Positions 36,551-44,729 of a DNA stretch of 64,000 nucleotides are shown in pieces. Every line of letters starts with the position of its first letter. The first letter of the stretch is position 1. The position numbers and the translations under genes are program-made. Source of the DNA: Planctomycetota bacterium (GTDB lineage: Bacteria; Planctomycetota; UBA8742; UBA2392); assembly GCA_020848275.1 (NCBI GenBank), contig JADLAK010000056.1:1-64000 (forward strand), written 5' to 3'. The notes beneath the pieces were generated by a model. It did not search any database. It saw only the letters and a program-made list of their open reading frames with translations, and was not told the origin of the DNA.

Positions 36551-37930
36551 ATGGCCGGAGAACACATGGCCGCCCCCCGCAAAGCTTACGACCTTCGCCC
36601 GCTCGACTTCGGCGACATCTTGTCGCGCAGCTTTTCGATTTTCACTGGCAACTTCGTGTTGTTCGCGGGCCTGTACATGCTGCTTTACTTCGTGCCCGTG
36701 GCGCTAATCACGCTGGGCGCGTGGTCGGTGATGAATAGCCGCCTCGACAACGAAACCCTCGCCAACACCTACGCTCCGATTGCCGGCGCCTATCTCGGCG
36801 TGCCGTTTTCACTCGTGCTTGCCGGCGGCGCAATTTACTACCTGATCGCGCGCGTTTATCTTGGCTCAGAGACAAGCATCGGCGAGGCCGTGCGGCAGGT
36901 TTTCCGCCGCCTTGGCTCGCTGATCGTCGCGGGCCTCATCTACACGCTGATAATGATCGGCCTGTTTGTCGCCGCGGCGCTGCCGATGATCCTGGCGCTT
37001 GCGTCGGCCCCCGCACATCGCAGCGGCGAGGCGATGTTGGCCGCCATGGGCGTGACACTGCTGCTATGCCTGGCGATTGTGCCGGTTTCCTACTACCTGC
37101 AAACCCGCTATGGCCTGGTGTTCTGCGTCATCATGCTGGAGGACGCGGGGCCAATCGAGGCCTTTGGCCGCAGCAGCCAATTGACGGAAAACTTCCGTTG
37201 GCGGTTGTTCGGCGTCAACTTCGTGATGGGCCTGGTGCTGGCGCTGTTGTCGATGCCCGGCGGCATCGCGCAGGGCGCGATGTCAACCAGCGAAGGCGCG
37301 GTGCCGATCATCGGCATGATGATCGGGACAGCGTGGTCCTCGGCGGTGATGCCGCTGAGCACCATCCCGCTGGTGATCTATTACTTCGACCAACGCTGCC
37401 GCAAAGAAGGCTTCGACCTTGCCGTGCTGGCGCAGAGTTTCGGCGTCGACCCGAGCACGCTTCCTCAATATCAGCCGGGTTATTACGGCGGCTACGGCCA
37501 GCCGGGATACCAGCAAGGCTACATGCCCCAGGGTTACATGCCCCAGGGCTACGTCCCGCAGCCGGGATATCCACCTCAGCCCGGCTATCCCCCTCAGCCT
37601 GGTTACACGCCTCCGCCGGGTTACGCAGCGCAGCCGGGATATCCACCTCAACCGGGGTACGCGCCGCAACCGGGTTACCCGGCGCAACAGGGCTATCCGC
37701 CCCAGCAGGGTTACGTCCCGCAAGCCGGGTACGCCCCGCAGGCAAGCTACGCCCCGCCACAACCACAGACGCGCGCGGTCAACCGCAGCGACCTTGCACC
37801 CTGGGAGCAAACCGGCGCAGCCCCCGGCAGCGCACCGCCAGCGGATTCGCACGGACCGGGGACACCGGCGTCCCGGCCGCCGCAACCACAAGTGCGCCTG
37901 CCCGCACCCCGCCGCAACCCGCCGGCGTAA
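36551..37930 (+). CDS. Polytopic membrane protein (~7 TM) with a C-terminal tandem PGY(P/A)PQ repeat tail
   Basis: Multiple hydrophobic helices, then GYMPQGYMPQGYVPQPGYPPQPGYPPQPGYTPPPGYAAQPGYPPQPGYAPQPGYPAQQGYPPQQGYVPQAGY... Confidence 0.55.
   Translation: MAGEHMAAPRKAYDLRPLDFGDILSRSFSIFTGNFVLFAGLYMLLYFVPVALITLGAWSVMNSRLDNETLANTYAPIAGAYLGVPFSLVLAGGAIYYLIARVYLGSETSIGEAVRQVFRRLGSLIVAGLIYTLIMIGLFVAAALPMILALASAPAHRSGEAMLAAMGVTLLLCLAIVPVSYYLQTRYGLVFCVIMLEDAGPIEAFGRSSQLTENFRWRLFGVNFVMGLVLALLSMPGGIAQGAMSTSEGAVPIIGMMIGTAWSSAVMPLSTIPLVIYYFDQRCRKEGFDLAVLAQSFGVDPSTLPQYQPGYYGGYGQPGYQQGYMPQGYMPQGYVPQPGYPPQPGYPPQPGYTPPPGYAAQPGYPPQPGYAPQPGYPAQQGYPPQQGYVPQAGYAPQASYAPPQPQTRAVNRSDLAPWEQTGAAPGSAPPADSHGPGTPASRPPQPQVRLPAPRRNPPA
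37518..37765 (+). repeat. In-frame tandem 18-nt (hexapeptide PGYPPQ-like) repeat array inside the CDS
   Basis: cagccgggatatccacctcagcccggctatccccctcagcctggttacacgcct... about 13 units. Confidence 0.7.
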
Positions 37931-37933
37931 CCA

Positions 37934-38015
37934 TTTTGGATTTTCAGTTCTGGATTGTGGCGCGACGACACCCGATGGCCCCTCAATCCAAAATCCAAAA
38001 TCTAAAATCCAAAAC
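37934..38015. repeat. Palindromic TTTTGGATT-based element (arms ttttggattttcagttctggattgtgg / ccaatccaaaatccaaaatctaaaatccaaaa)
   Basis: ~27-nt imperfect inverted arms around a GC-rich loop, between the membrane-protein stop and the DUF4129 start. A related TGGATTG direct repeat is at 48436-48466. Confidence 0.5.
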
Positions 38016-38043
38016 CAGGCGCCGCCGCTACCATACGCGCCCA

Positions 38044-38781
38044 ATGGGCAGGCTCTTGCCATACTTGCTGTTGCTCGCCGCGATTCTGTTCGCGGCGCCG
38101 CTTGCCGCGCAGAGCGAGCCCGAGCGCGCGCGCGACATCATTTCGGGCGAACCCTACAAGGGCTACCGTCTGCACAGACCGGAGAAGCTTGAGCCCGCCG
38201 AGGAATCCAAGCCCTCGAAAGAAGAACCCTACCGCGGCGACCGGCGCGAGACCGGCGTGCGCAGCGACCCGCAGATGCCGCAGATCGGCTCCGGCAGCGG
38301 GCTGGCCGAAGCGCTCAAGATCGTGATGTGGGTGGTGCTGGGCATCGTCGTGGCCGGCGCGATTTTCCTGCTGGTGCGCGCGCTGCTTGACCGCCAGGCC
38401 AACCCCCGCGTCAAAAAGATGAAAGAAGAAGCGGCAGTCGAGGAAAAGAAAGCCGAACCGCCGCCGGCGCCACAGGACATCTCGACCCTCGAAGGCGACC
38501 TGCATGACGCGATAAGGGCGGGCAACTACGCGCTCGCTGCGTTGATCGCGTTCAAACTTTTCTGGCGGCGCTCCGGCTGGACGGGCTTTGCGGATATCCG
38601 CGATGTGAAGACCTGGCGCGACGCGTGCAAACAGATCCGCAAGGCCGACACGCGCCAGGAAGTCCGCCGCCTGCTTGGCCTGGTTGAGCGCGTGCGTTAC
38701 GGCAAACACTCACCCAGCGCAGCCGAATTCGAGGCATGGCGCACACGACTCGACGCAGTCGACACGAAGGTGACCGGATGA
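38044..38781 (+). CDS. DUF4129-like protein (signal peptide, TM helix, C-terminal helical domain) of the MoxR/DUF58 neighbourhood
   Basis: MGRLLPYLLLLAAILFAAPLAAQ signal peptide; TM helix IVMWVVLGIVVAGAIFLLV; C-terminal ...AIRAGNYALAALIAFKLFWRR... is typical of DUF4129; the stop overlaps the next start (ATGA). Confidence 0.55.
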   Translation: MGRLLPYLLLLAAILFAAPLAAQSEPERARDIISGEPYKGYRLHRPEKLEPAEESKPSKEEPYRGDRRETGVRSDPQMPQIGSGSGLAEALKIVMWVVLGIVVAGAIFLLVRALLDRQANPRVKKMKEEAAVEEKKAEPPPAPQDISTLEGDLHDAIRAGNYALAALIAFKLFWRRSGWTGFADIRDVKTWRDACKQIRKADTRQEVRRLLGLVERVRYGKHSPSAAEFEAWRTRLDAVDTKVTG

Positions 38782-40145
38782 AAGGCCAGACCGAAAACCT
38801 TCGCAAGCGACTGCTCACGCCCAAGATCGGCGGTCGCGAGACGATGTTTCGCTGGATCATGCTGGGCGTTTTTGCCGCCGGGCTCGGCTACGTGCTGATC
38901 CGCGGCGTGTTCGAACAACCCAAAAAGCCCGACAACTTCTCCAACAGTTACAGCGCCTCGCCCGGCGGCCACAGCGCGCTGGCGGAATTGCTCAGCGACC
39001 TCGGTTTCAAGGTGCAGCGCCGCGTCACGCCCCTGAATCGCCTCGGGCCTGAGTATTACGCGCCGGGCGGAAGCTGCGTCACGGTTCTGGAGCCCGACCC
39101 GGAACAAGTCGCCTCCAACAAGCGCGAGTTCAAGGACCTGCTTGGCGAAAACTGGCGCAGCCCGCGCGCGATCATCGCCCTGCCCAAGCGCTGGTACTAC
39201 GACACCCACGGCGGCGGCAAAGGCATCGTCGAAGTCGGCGAAGGCTGGTACCGCATCAGCGATGTGAACATCGTGCTTGCGGCGTGCGGCCTGAGCAGCG
39301 AACTCTCCGTGTTTCGCACCACGACCGAAACTTTTCTCTCGACTCCCAACCCCAACGCCTGGCGGCGCGAACACCCGATGTTCGGCGACGATGAACCCGT
39401 GCCGGAGTGGCGCGACCCCCTGCGCACGCGCCTGCACACCGAGCCCATCCAGGCCTTCCGCTTCGCCGACAACGGCGCACGCGGAAAGTACGAAGTGCTG
39501 ATCCAGACCGAACAAGGCGACCCGGTGGTAATCCAGCCGCGCGTCGAGCTTGGCCTGTCGCGCGCGATTTTGGTCAGCGACGCCGATTTTCTCAGTAACC
39601 GGTTCATCGGCCAGGGTAACGCCGCGGCGCTGGCGATGAAAGTTTTTCGCGCCGCCGACACCCGCACCTTCGACATCGACGAATCGATGCACGGGCTGGC
39701 GTCGCAGGCGTCCATTGAATATCTCGCGGCCACGCCGCCGGGCCTATGGTTCACGCTTTCGCTCTTCATCGTGCTGCTGATGTTCGGCTGGCGCGAGGCC
39801 ACGGTGCTGCGGCCAGCGGTTGCCGACACCGAGACGCGACGCTCGCGCGGCGTCGTGATCGAGGGCCTGGCGCGCATGATGGCTCGGGCGCGCGATTACG
39901 TGACGGCCTCGACGGCGCTTTTACGCCGCGCACACAACCACCTGGGCGCGGGGCCGGTGCAGGTGCACGCCTCGGGCATGGCGGGCTCGACCTCGAGCGC
40001 GCTGGCCAAGGACCAGAAGGCTACGCTGGAGGCGATCAAGATCATTCCCGGCGAAGGCGCCCTGAACGTACTGCGCGCCGCACAAACAGTTTCGTCGCTG
40101 AAAAATAAAGAACCGCGCAGGGCAACGCCGCAGAAAAAGACTTGA
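38778..40145 (+). CDS. DUF4350-like protein (N-terminal TM helix, periplasmic domain, second TM helix) of the MoxR/DUF58 neighbourhood
   Basis: TM helix WIMLGVFAAGLGYVLI, then NSYSASPGGHSALAELLSDLGFKVQRR (DUF4350 hallmark), late TM helix LWFTLSLFIVLLMFGW. Confidence 0.55.
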   Translation: MKGQTENLRKRLLTPKIGGRETMFRWIMLGVFAAGLGYVLIRGVFEQPKKPDNFSNSYSASPGGHSALAELLSDLGFKVQRRVTPLNRLGPEYYAPGGSCVTVLEPDPEQVASNKREFKDLLGENWRSPRAIIALPKRWYYDTHGGGKGIVEVGEGWYRISDVNIVLAACGLSSELSVFRTTTETFLSTPNPNAWRREHPMFGDDEPVPEWRDPLRTRLHTEPIQAFRFADNGARGKYEVLIQTEQGDPVVIQPRVELGLSRAILVSDADFLSNRFIGQGNAAALAMKVFRAADTRTFDIDESMHGLASQASIEYLAATPPGLWFTLSLFIVLLMFGWREATVLRPAVADTETRRSRGVVIEGLARMMARARDYVTASTALLRRAHNHLGAGPVQVHASGMAGSTSSALAKDQKATLEAIKIIPGEGALNVLRAAQTVSSLKNKEPRRATPQKKT

Positions 40146-40146
40146 T

Positions 40147-40212
40147 CCACGAAAGAACGCGAATTCTCACGAATTCGGGTTTCTATTCGTGCCTATTGGT
40201 GAAGATTCGTGG
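40147..40212. repeat. CACGAAT palindromic intergenic element, copy 2
   Basis: CCACGAAAgaaCGCGAATtctCACGAAT ... ATTCGTGcctattggtgaagATTCGTGG, between the DUF4350 and MoxR genes. Confidence 0.55.
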
Positions 40213-40260
40213 TGACTGGTTTTGGTTTTTCGATCAGGCAAACAAAAAGGATTCACACGC

Positions 40261-41277
40261 ATGGCCGGGCAAACTCCGTTTCAACCAGAGCCGGTGCAGC
40301 CGCAGGCCGCTAGGCCCGCCGACCCGCTGGCGCAAATGGCTCACTTCGCCGATCACCTCGAAAACGCCATTGCGCGCGTGGTCAAAGGCCAGGCGCACGT
40401 CGTGCGCCACATGCTCGTCAGCCTGCTGGTTCAGGGCCACGTGCTGCTTGAGGGCAACCCCGGCACGGCTAAGACGCTGCTGGTGCGCACGCTCGGCCGC
40501 CTGTGCAGCCTCGATTTCAAACGCATCCAGTTCACGCCCGACCTGATGCCAAGCGACATCACCGGCACCTCGATCTTCCGTCCCACAAGCGCGGAATTCG
40601 AGTTCCGCAAGGGCCCGGTGTTCACGCAGCTTTTGCTCGCCGACGAAATCAACCGCGCGCCCGCACGCACACAGGCCGCGCTGCTCCAATCGATGCAGGA
40701 ACGCATCGTCAGCGCCGACGGCGCCGACTACAACCTGGGCGATGTCTTCTGCGTTGTCGCGACGCAAAACCCGCTGGAGAGCGAAGGCACCTACCCGCTG
40801 CCGGAAGCGCAACTCGACCGCTTCCTCTTTAAGCTCATGGTCGATTTCCCCGACCAGACCACCGAACTTGAGATCTTCAAGCAGCACGGCGCGCCCAAAA
40901 GCGGCGACGACCTTGAGGCCGCGGGGCTGCAGCCGCTGTTTGGCCTCGATGAAATCCGCGCCATGCGCCAGCGCGTCTACGGCGTCGAGGTCCGCCCCGA
41001 CATCGCGGGCTACGCGCTTGCGATCATCCGCCACACGCGCGAACACCCGTTTTTGCGCGCCGGCGCCAGCACGCGCGCCGGCGTGATGCTGCTGCGTGCG
41101 GCGCGCGCCGCCGCCGCAACTTATGGCCGCGGTTTCGTGATTCCCGACGATGTGCGCGAGCTTGCGGTGCCGGCCTTGCGCCATCGCCTTTACCGCACGG
41201 CGGCCGCGGAACTCGAGGGCGTGAGCACCGACAGCATCCTCGAAGACATCATCTCGCGCGTACCGGTGCCCCGTTAG
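40261..41277 (+). CDS. MoxR-family AAA+ ATPase
   Basis: Walker A LLEGNPGTAKT, Walker B LLADEINRAPARTQAALLQSMQE, sensor and C-terminal lid; about 340 aa. Confidence 0.9.
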   Translation: MAGQTPFQPEPVQPQAARPADPLAQMAHFADHLENAIARVVKGQAHVVRHMLVSLLVQGHVLLEGNPGTAKTLLVRTLGRLCSLDFKRIQFTPDLMPSDITGTSIFRPTSAEFEFRKGPVFTQLLLADEINRAPARTQAALLQSMQERIVSADGADYNLGDVFCVVATQNPLESEGTYPLPEAQLDRFLFKLMVDFPDQTTELEIFKQHGAPKSGDDLEAAGLQPLFGLDEIRAMRQRVYGVEVRPDIAGYALAIIRHTREHPFLRAGASTRAGVMLLRAARAAAATYGRGFVIPDDVRELAVPALRHRLYRTAAAELEGVSTDSILEDIISRVPVPR

Positions 41278-41283
41278 TTTTTC

Positions 41284-41483
41284 GCCACAGATGAACACAG
41301 ATAACAGCAACCGCAGTAATCCACGGAAGACACGGAGAGCACGGGAAAAACAAAACGGTTTGAGCCACGAATTCACACCAATCATCACGAATTCTACGCC
41401 TCAGATTCGTGCCAATTCGTGAAGATTCGCGGCTCACCGGCTTTGCCGTCTCAGTTTTCCGTGAATTCCGTGGCCTCCGTGGA
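41284..41483. repeat. Compound CACGAAT/CACGG palindromic element, copy 3 (nested inverted repeats)
   Basis: The outer arms ccacggaagacacggagagcacggg / ccgtgaattccgtggcctccgtgg pair as an inverted repeat, and so do the inner arms ccacgaattcacaccaatcatcacgaattc / gattcgtgccaattcgtgaagattcgcgg. The 5' edge carries CACAG repeats. Confidence 0.55.
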
Positions 41484-41541
41484 CAAAAGCAGTTGCAGTT
41501 CTATGCGGTTTTGCGCCTTTGCGTGAGATGTCTTTTCAAGC

Positions 41542-42858
41542 ATGAACTACTCCCCCACCATTGTGTGTCTGCTGACCGCCGCAATACTTTGCGCGCTGGC
41601 GGCGCTGGCGCTGGGGTTTCCGTTTTTGTTGCCGCTGTGGGGCATCGCCACGGGCGTGTTTTTCCTGCTGATTTTCATCGATCTGGTCCTGCTGCCGCGA
41701 AAAAACGACCTGACGCTTGAGCGCAAAGCGCCCGGCGAGCAAGGCGTCGGCATCGATTTCCCGCTTGAGGTCCGCATCGGCAACGCGGGCTCGCGCGCGC
41801 TGCGCATGAAATTCTGGGACATCCTGCCCGTGGCCATGGACGGCCCGCGCGACGCCCTTGCGGCGACACTCACGCCCGGGAAAATTTCATGCTACACACG
41901 CCAATACCGGCTGCTGGATCGCGGCAAGATCGAACTCGGCCCGGCGACACTGGAGGCCTTCGGGCCGCTGCGCATGTTGCGTCGCATCGTTCGCCTCGAA
42001 GCCAAGGCGACGATCATGGGCATTCCCGGCGTCGAACTTTTGCAGAGCAACCGGCTGATTCTGCGCGCGATGCAGGACGCAGACAGCGGCATCAACCGTT
42101 CGCGCGGCGTGGGCCGCGGCGGCGAATTCGAATCTCTTGCCCCCTATGTGCCCGGCGACCCCGTGCAATCGGTCGACTGGAAGGGTTTTGCGCGCAGCGG
42201 CAACTTAACTGTGCGGCGCTACGAGCCCGAACGCCGCCGCCATGTCATGCTTTGCTGCGACGCGGGCCGCCTGATGGGCGGCCGCGTCGGTGGGCGACGC
42301 AAGGTCGACCTCGCTCTCGCGTCACTGGCGCGCGTCGCCGCGGCGGCGCTTCAGCGCGGCGACCTCGTGGGCCTATGCATTTTCGACGCGACGGTGCGCG
42401 TGCTGATACCGCCGCGCGCGGGCGGTGGGCAGCTCGCGCGCATCATCCGCGCGTCGCTCGAGGTCAGCCCCAGTCACGGTGAAACGGCGTTCACGCCCGC
42501 GTTTGTCGCGATGGGACATGCGCTCACGCGCCGCGCACTGGTGGTGCTGGCGACGGATTTCGACAACGAGGCGCAGGGCTGGGAGCTTCATCGCAACGTG
42601 GCGGCGGTGCACAAACGCCACGCGGTGATCGTGTGCAGCATGCGCGACCCGGTGTACCAGCAGACGCTGGGCGACGAAGTGCTAGACCTTCACGGCGCGT
42701 ACCGGCAACTTGCGTCGCTGACGCTGCTGGACGAGCGCCGCGATATCCTGTTCAAGCTGCAGAAGGTCGGCGTGCATACCATCGACGCCGAGCCCGACGA
42801 ACTTTCCGGCCCGCTGCTGAACATGTACGGCCGCGTGGTTTCCAGCGGCGCGCTATGA
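41542..42858 (+). CDS. DUF58 (vWA-like) protein, MoxR partner
   Basis: Two N-terminal TM helices; YVPGDPVQSVDWKGFARSGNLTVRRYEPE DUF58 signature; vWA-like C-terminal half. Confidence 0.85.
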   Translation: MNYSPTIVCLLTAAILCALAALALGFPFLLPLWGIATGVFFLLIFIDLVLLPRKNDLTLERKAPGEQGVGIDFPLEVRIGNAGSRALRMKFWDILPVAMDGPRDALAATLTPGKISCYTRQYRLLDRGKIELGPATLEAFGPLRMLRRIVRLEAKATIMGIPGVELLQSNRLILRAMQDADSGINRSRGVGRGGEFESLAPYVPGDPVQSVDWKGFARSGNLTVRRYEPERRRHVMLCCDAGRLMGGRVGGRRKVDLALASLARVAAAALQRGDLVGLCIFDATVRVLIPPRAGGGQLARIIRASLEVSPSHGETAFTPAFVAMGHALTRRALVVLATDFDNEAQGWELHRNVAAVHKRHAVIVCSMRDPVYQQTLGDEVLDLHGAYRQLASLTLLDERRDILFKLQKVGVHTIDAEPDELSGPLLNMYGRVVSSGAL

Positions 42859-42900
42859 GGTAAAATGGGGTGGCCGGGCGGGGCGAGCAGGAGTCCCGCC

Positions 42901-43122
42901 ATGCGCAAACCTTCCGTCAAAACCGAAACTCCGAAAGTTCCGCTGGTTGCCGGGCCGCGCGCCCGCGCGCATACGCTGATCGACGCGCTCTTCGACAACG
43001 CGATCCAGAGCGTGCTGCCTTACCTTGAGTACCTCATGGAGCAGCAACGCAAGGCCGCGGTGTCCAATCGCGCGGCGAAGGTCGTGTCGAACGACTCCAT
43101 GCGCAAGGACATGGGGATTTAG
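42901..43122 (+). CDS. Small antitoxin-like protein, paralogue 1 of the antitoxin upstream of RelE/ParE
   Basis: AHTLIDALFDNAIQSVLPYLEYLMEQ is similar to the next ORF (AHKLIDSLDGTELWAVLTYLEFIKNR); ends ...MRKDMGI versus ...IKREMGL. Confidence 0.45.
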   Translation: MRKPSVKTETPKVPLVAGPRARAHTLIDALFDNAIQSVLPYLEYLMEQQRKAAVSNRAAKVVSNDSMRKDMGI

Positions 43123-43163
43123 CGCGTCGCCGCCCGATGCTACGCTGGTGCACAGGTGAACCT

Positions 43164-43415
43164 ATGCGCGCGAAATCTGCTGAACATCCAAAGAAAGAAA
43201 ACCTTGGCGCCAAGCGAAAGGTTGCTCACAAGCTGATTGACTCGCTTGACGGCACTGAGTTGTGGGCGGTGCTGACGTATCTTGAGTTCATCAAGAACCG
43301 CGCGCGGATTATCGAGGACTACCTGGACCACAAGGATGCACAAGAGGCGATCAGGGAAGCTGAAGAAAAAGGCTACATACCGTGGGAGACGATAAAGCGC
43401 GAGATGGGCTTGTAA
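43164..43415 (+). CDS. Antitoxin-like protein immediately upstream of (1 nt from) the RelE/ParE toxin gene
   Basis: 84 aa with C-terminal ...EKGYIPWETIKREMGL, typical of RelE/ParE-partner antitoxin C-termini; the toxin start follows after TAAC. Confidence 0.5.
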   Translation: MRAKSAEHPKKENLGAKRKVAHKLIDSLDGTELWAVLTYLEFIKNRARIIEDYLDHKDAQEAIREAEEKGYIPWETIKREMGL

Positions 43416-43416
43416 C

Positions 43417-43680
43417 GTGGCCTATACCGTAGAGTTTACGCCTCACGGGAGTCGGGACTTTCGCGGCCTGCCTCGCGATGTTCAGGGGCGAATGGCGCCG
43501 AAAATCGATGCGCTCGCTAACAATCCGTTTCCCGCTGCCAGCACAAAACTCGTAAACACCGAAGACGAATATCGTCTACGCGTCGGCGACTATCGAGTGA
43601 TTTACCAGGTAAAACAGCAACGGCTTCTCGTCCTTGTGGTGAAGATCGCACACAGGCGCGAGGTTTATCGCAACATGTAA
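43417..43680 (+). CDS. RelE/ParE-family type II toxin
   Basis: 87 aa; YRLRVGDYRVIYQVKQQRLLVLVVKIAHRREVY is a classic RelE/ParE core. Confidence 0.8.
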   Translation: MAYTVEFTPHGSRDFRGLPRDVQGRMAPKIDALANNPFPAASTKLVNTEDEYRLRVGDYRVIYQVKQQRLLVLVVKIAHRREVYRNM

Positions 43681-43683
43681 TGA

Positions 43684-44253
43684 CTAGTTGCTAGGCTTGA
43701 TGTTGAGCATCTTCTGGATTTCTTCGAGGTCGCGTTTCATGCGCTCGTTGTCCTTGCGCAGTTCCTTAAGCTCTTTGCGATCAGCCTCGCTTTGCTCACC
43801 CTGCTTCTTTAGATCGTCTTCGAGCTTGGTTTGACGCTCATCCAGTTTGCCGGCTTTGGTCTTTTCCTTTTCGAACTCCGTCTTCACTTGCTGAAGTTCG
43901 TCTTTCGTTTCCTGGGCCTGTTTGCGCACTTCGCCGAGTTCCTTTTCAACTTTTTCGGCGTCGGCCTTCTTCGCTACATCCTTGCGCAACTCGCCAAGGT
44001 TTTTCTCAAGCGTCGATGCGCGATTCTCAAGGTCAGTGGTCCGCGTAGTTAGCACCTCCACACGCTGCTCAAGTGTGCTGATCTTTTTGTTACTTTCCGC
44101 TTGTTCGTGACGGATCGCCTGGATGTCTTGCTTTGTCGTGGCCTGGCTGGGAATCTGCTGCTGGATGTATTCGTAGATCAGCCACGCCGTGCCGCCCGCC
44201 AGCGCAAGCACGATCACGATCAGGCCCGTAAAGAGTGCACGAACCTTGTTCAT
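43684..44253 (-). CDS. Signal-anchored coiled-coil protein, Lys/Glu-rich; lower GC than its surroundings
   Basis: N-terminal TM helix LFTGLIVIVLALAGGTAWLIY, followed by a continuous heptad-rich K/E sequence. Confidence 0.5.
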   Translation of the reverse strand: MNKVRALFTGLIVIVLALAGGTAWLIYEYIQQQIPSQATTKQDIQAIRHEQAESNKKISTLEQRVEVLTTRTTDLENRASTLEKNLGELRKDVAKKADAEKVEKELGEVRKQAQETKDELQQVKTEFEKEKTKAGKLDERQTKLEDDLKKQGEQSEADRKELKELRKDNERMKRDLEEIQKMLNIKPSN

Positions 44254-44277
44254 GGGAAACTCCGATGCCCGCCCGAT

Positions 44278-44715
44278 TTAACCCGCCGGCTTGGGCGGGA
44301 TATTCCCCGGCTGGGGGACCATTCCCGACGCCGGTTTGACCTGCGCGGCAATGCCCGAGGCCGGCTTGGATTTGTCGACTTTCTGTGATTCGCGTTGGCG
44401 GTGCCGTTCTTTCATGACGATTTCGCGGTCGCGCAACTTGTCCAAAATCGCCTTGATGTCGATCTCGCGCACTTCGACCTCGCGGCCGCAAGTCGCGCAC
44501 TTCACCTGGTTGAGCTCGACGTCGCGCGAGGGAACTTCCATGCCCTCGTGGTCCTCGATGTAAAGGTTGCCGTTGGCCATCAGCATGCACGGGTAGGTGA
44601 ACGGCCGCGTAATGCTGAACTTGCCGCGGTCGCAATCGCCCACGATGGTCGTGAGGAAGGCGTCGGGAATCCACACCTTGCTGTTCACGCAGCACAATAC
44701 GCGGTCGAGGGTCAT
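44278..44715 (-). CDS. Small Cys-rich hypothetical protein (CC...C...C...CxxC), possibly metal-binding
   Basis: VLCCVNSKVW...GDCDRG...YPCM...KCATCGRE; lies in an operon 14 nt downstream of the giant coiled-coil gene. Confidence 0.4.
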   Translation of the reverse strand: MTLDRVLCCVNSKVWIPDAFLTTIVGDCDRGKFSITRPFTYPCMLMANGNLYIEDHEGMEVPSRDVELNQVKCATCGREVEVREIDIKAILDKLRDREIVMKERHRQRESQKVDKSKPASGIAAQVKPASGMVPQPGNIPPKPAG

Positions 44716-44729
44716 GTTTGCCTTTGTTG

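Noticed and set aside
40234-41388. 384-aa minus-strand ORF opposite the MoxR gene
   Set aside because: MoxR on the plus strand has intact Walker A/B motifs; the antisense frame has no features.
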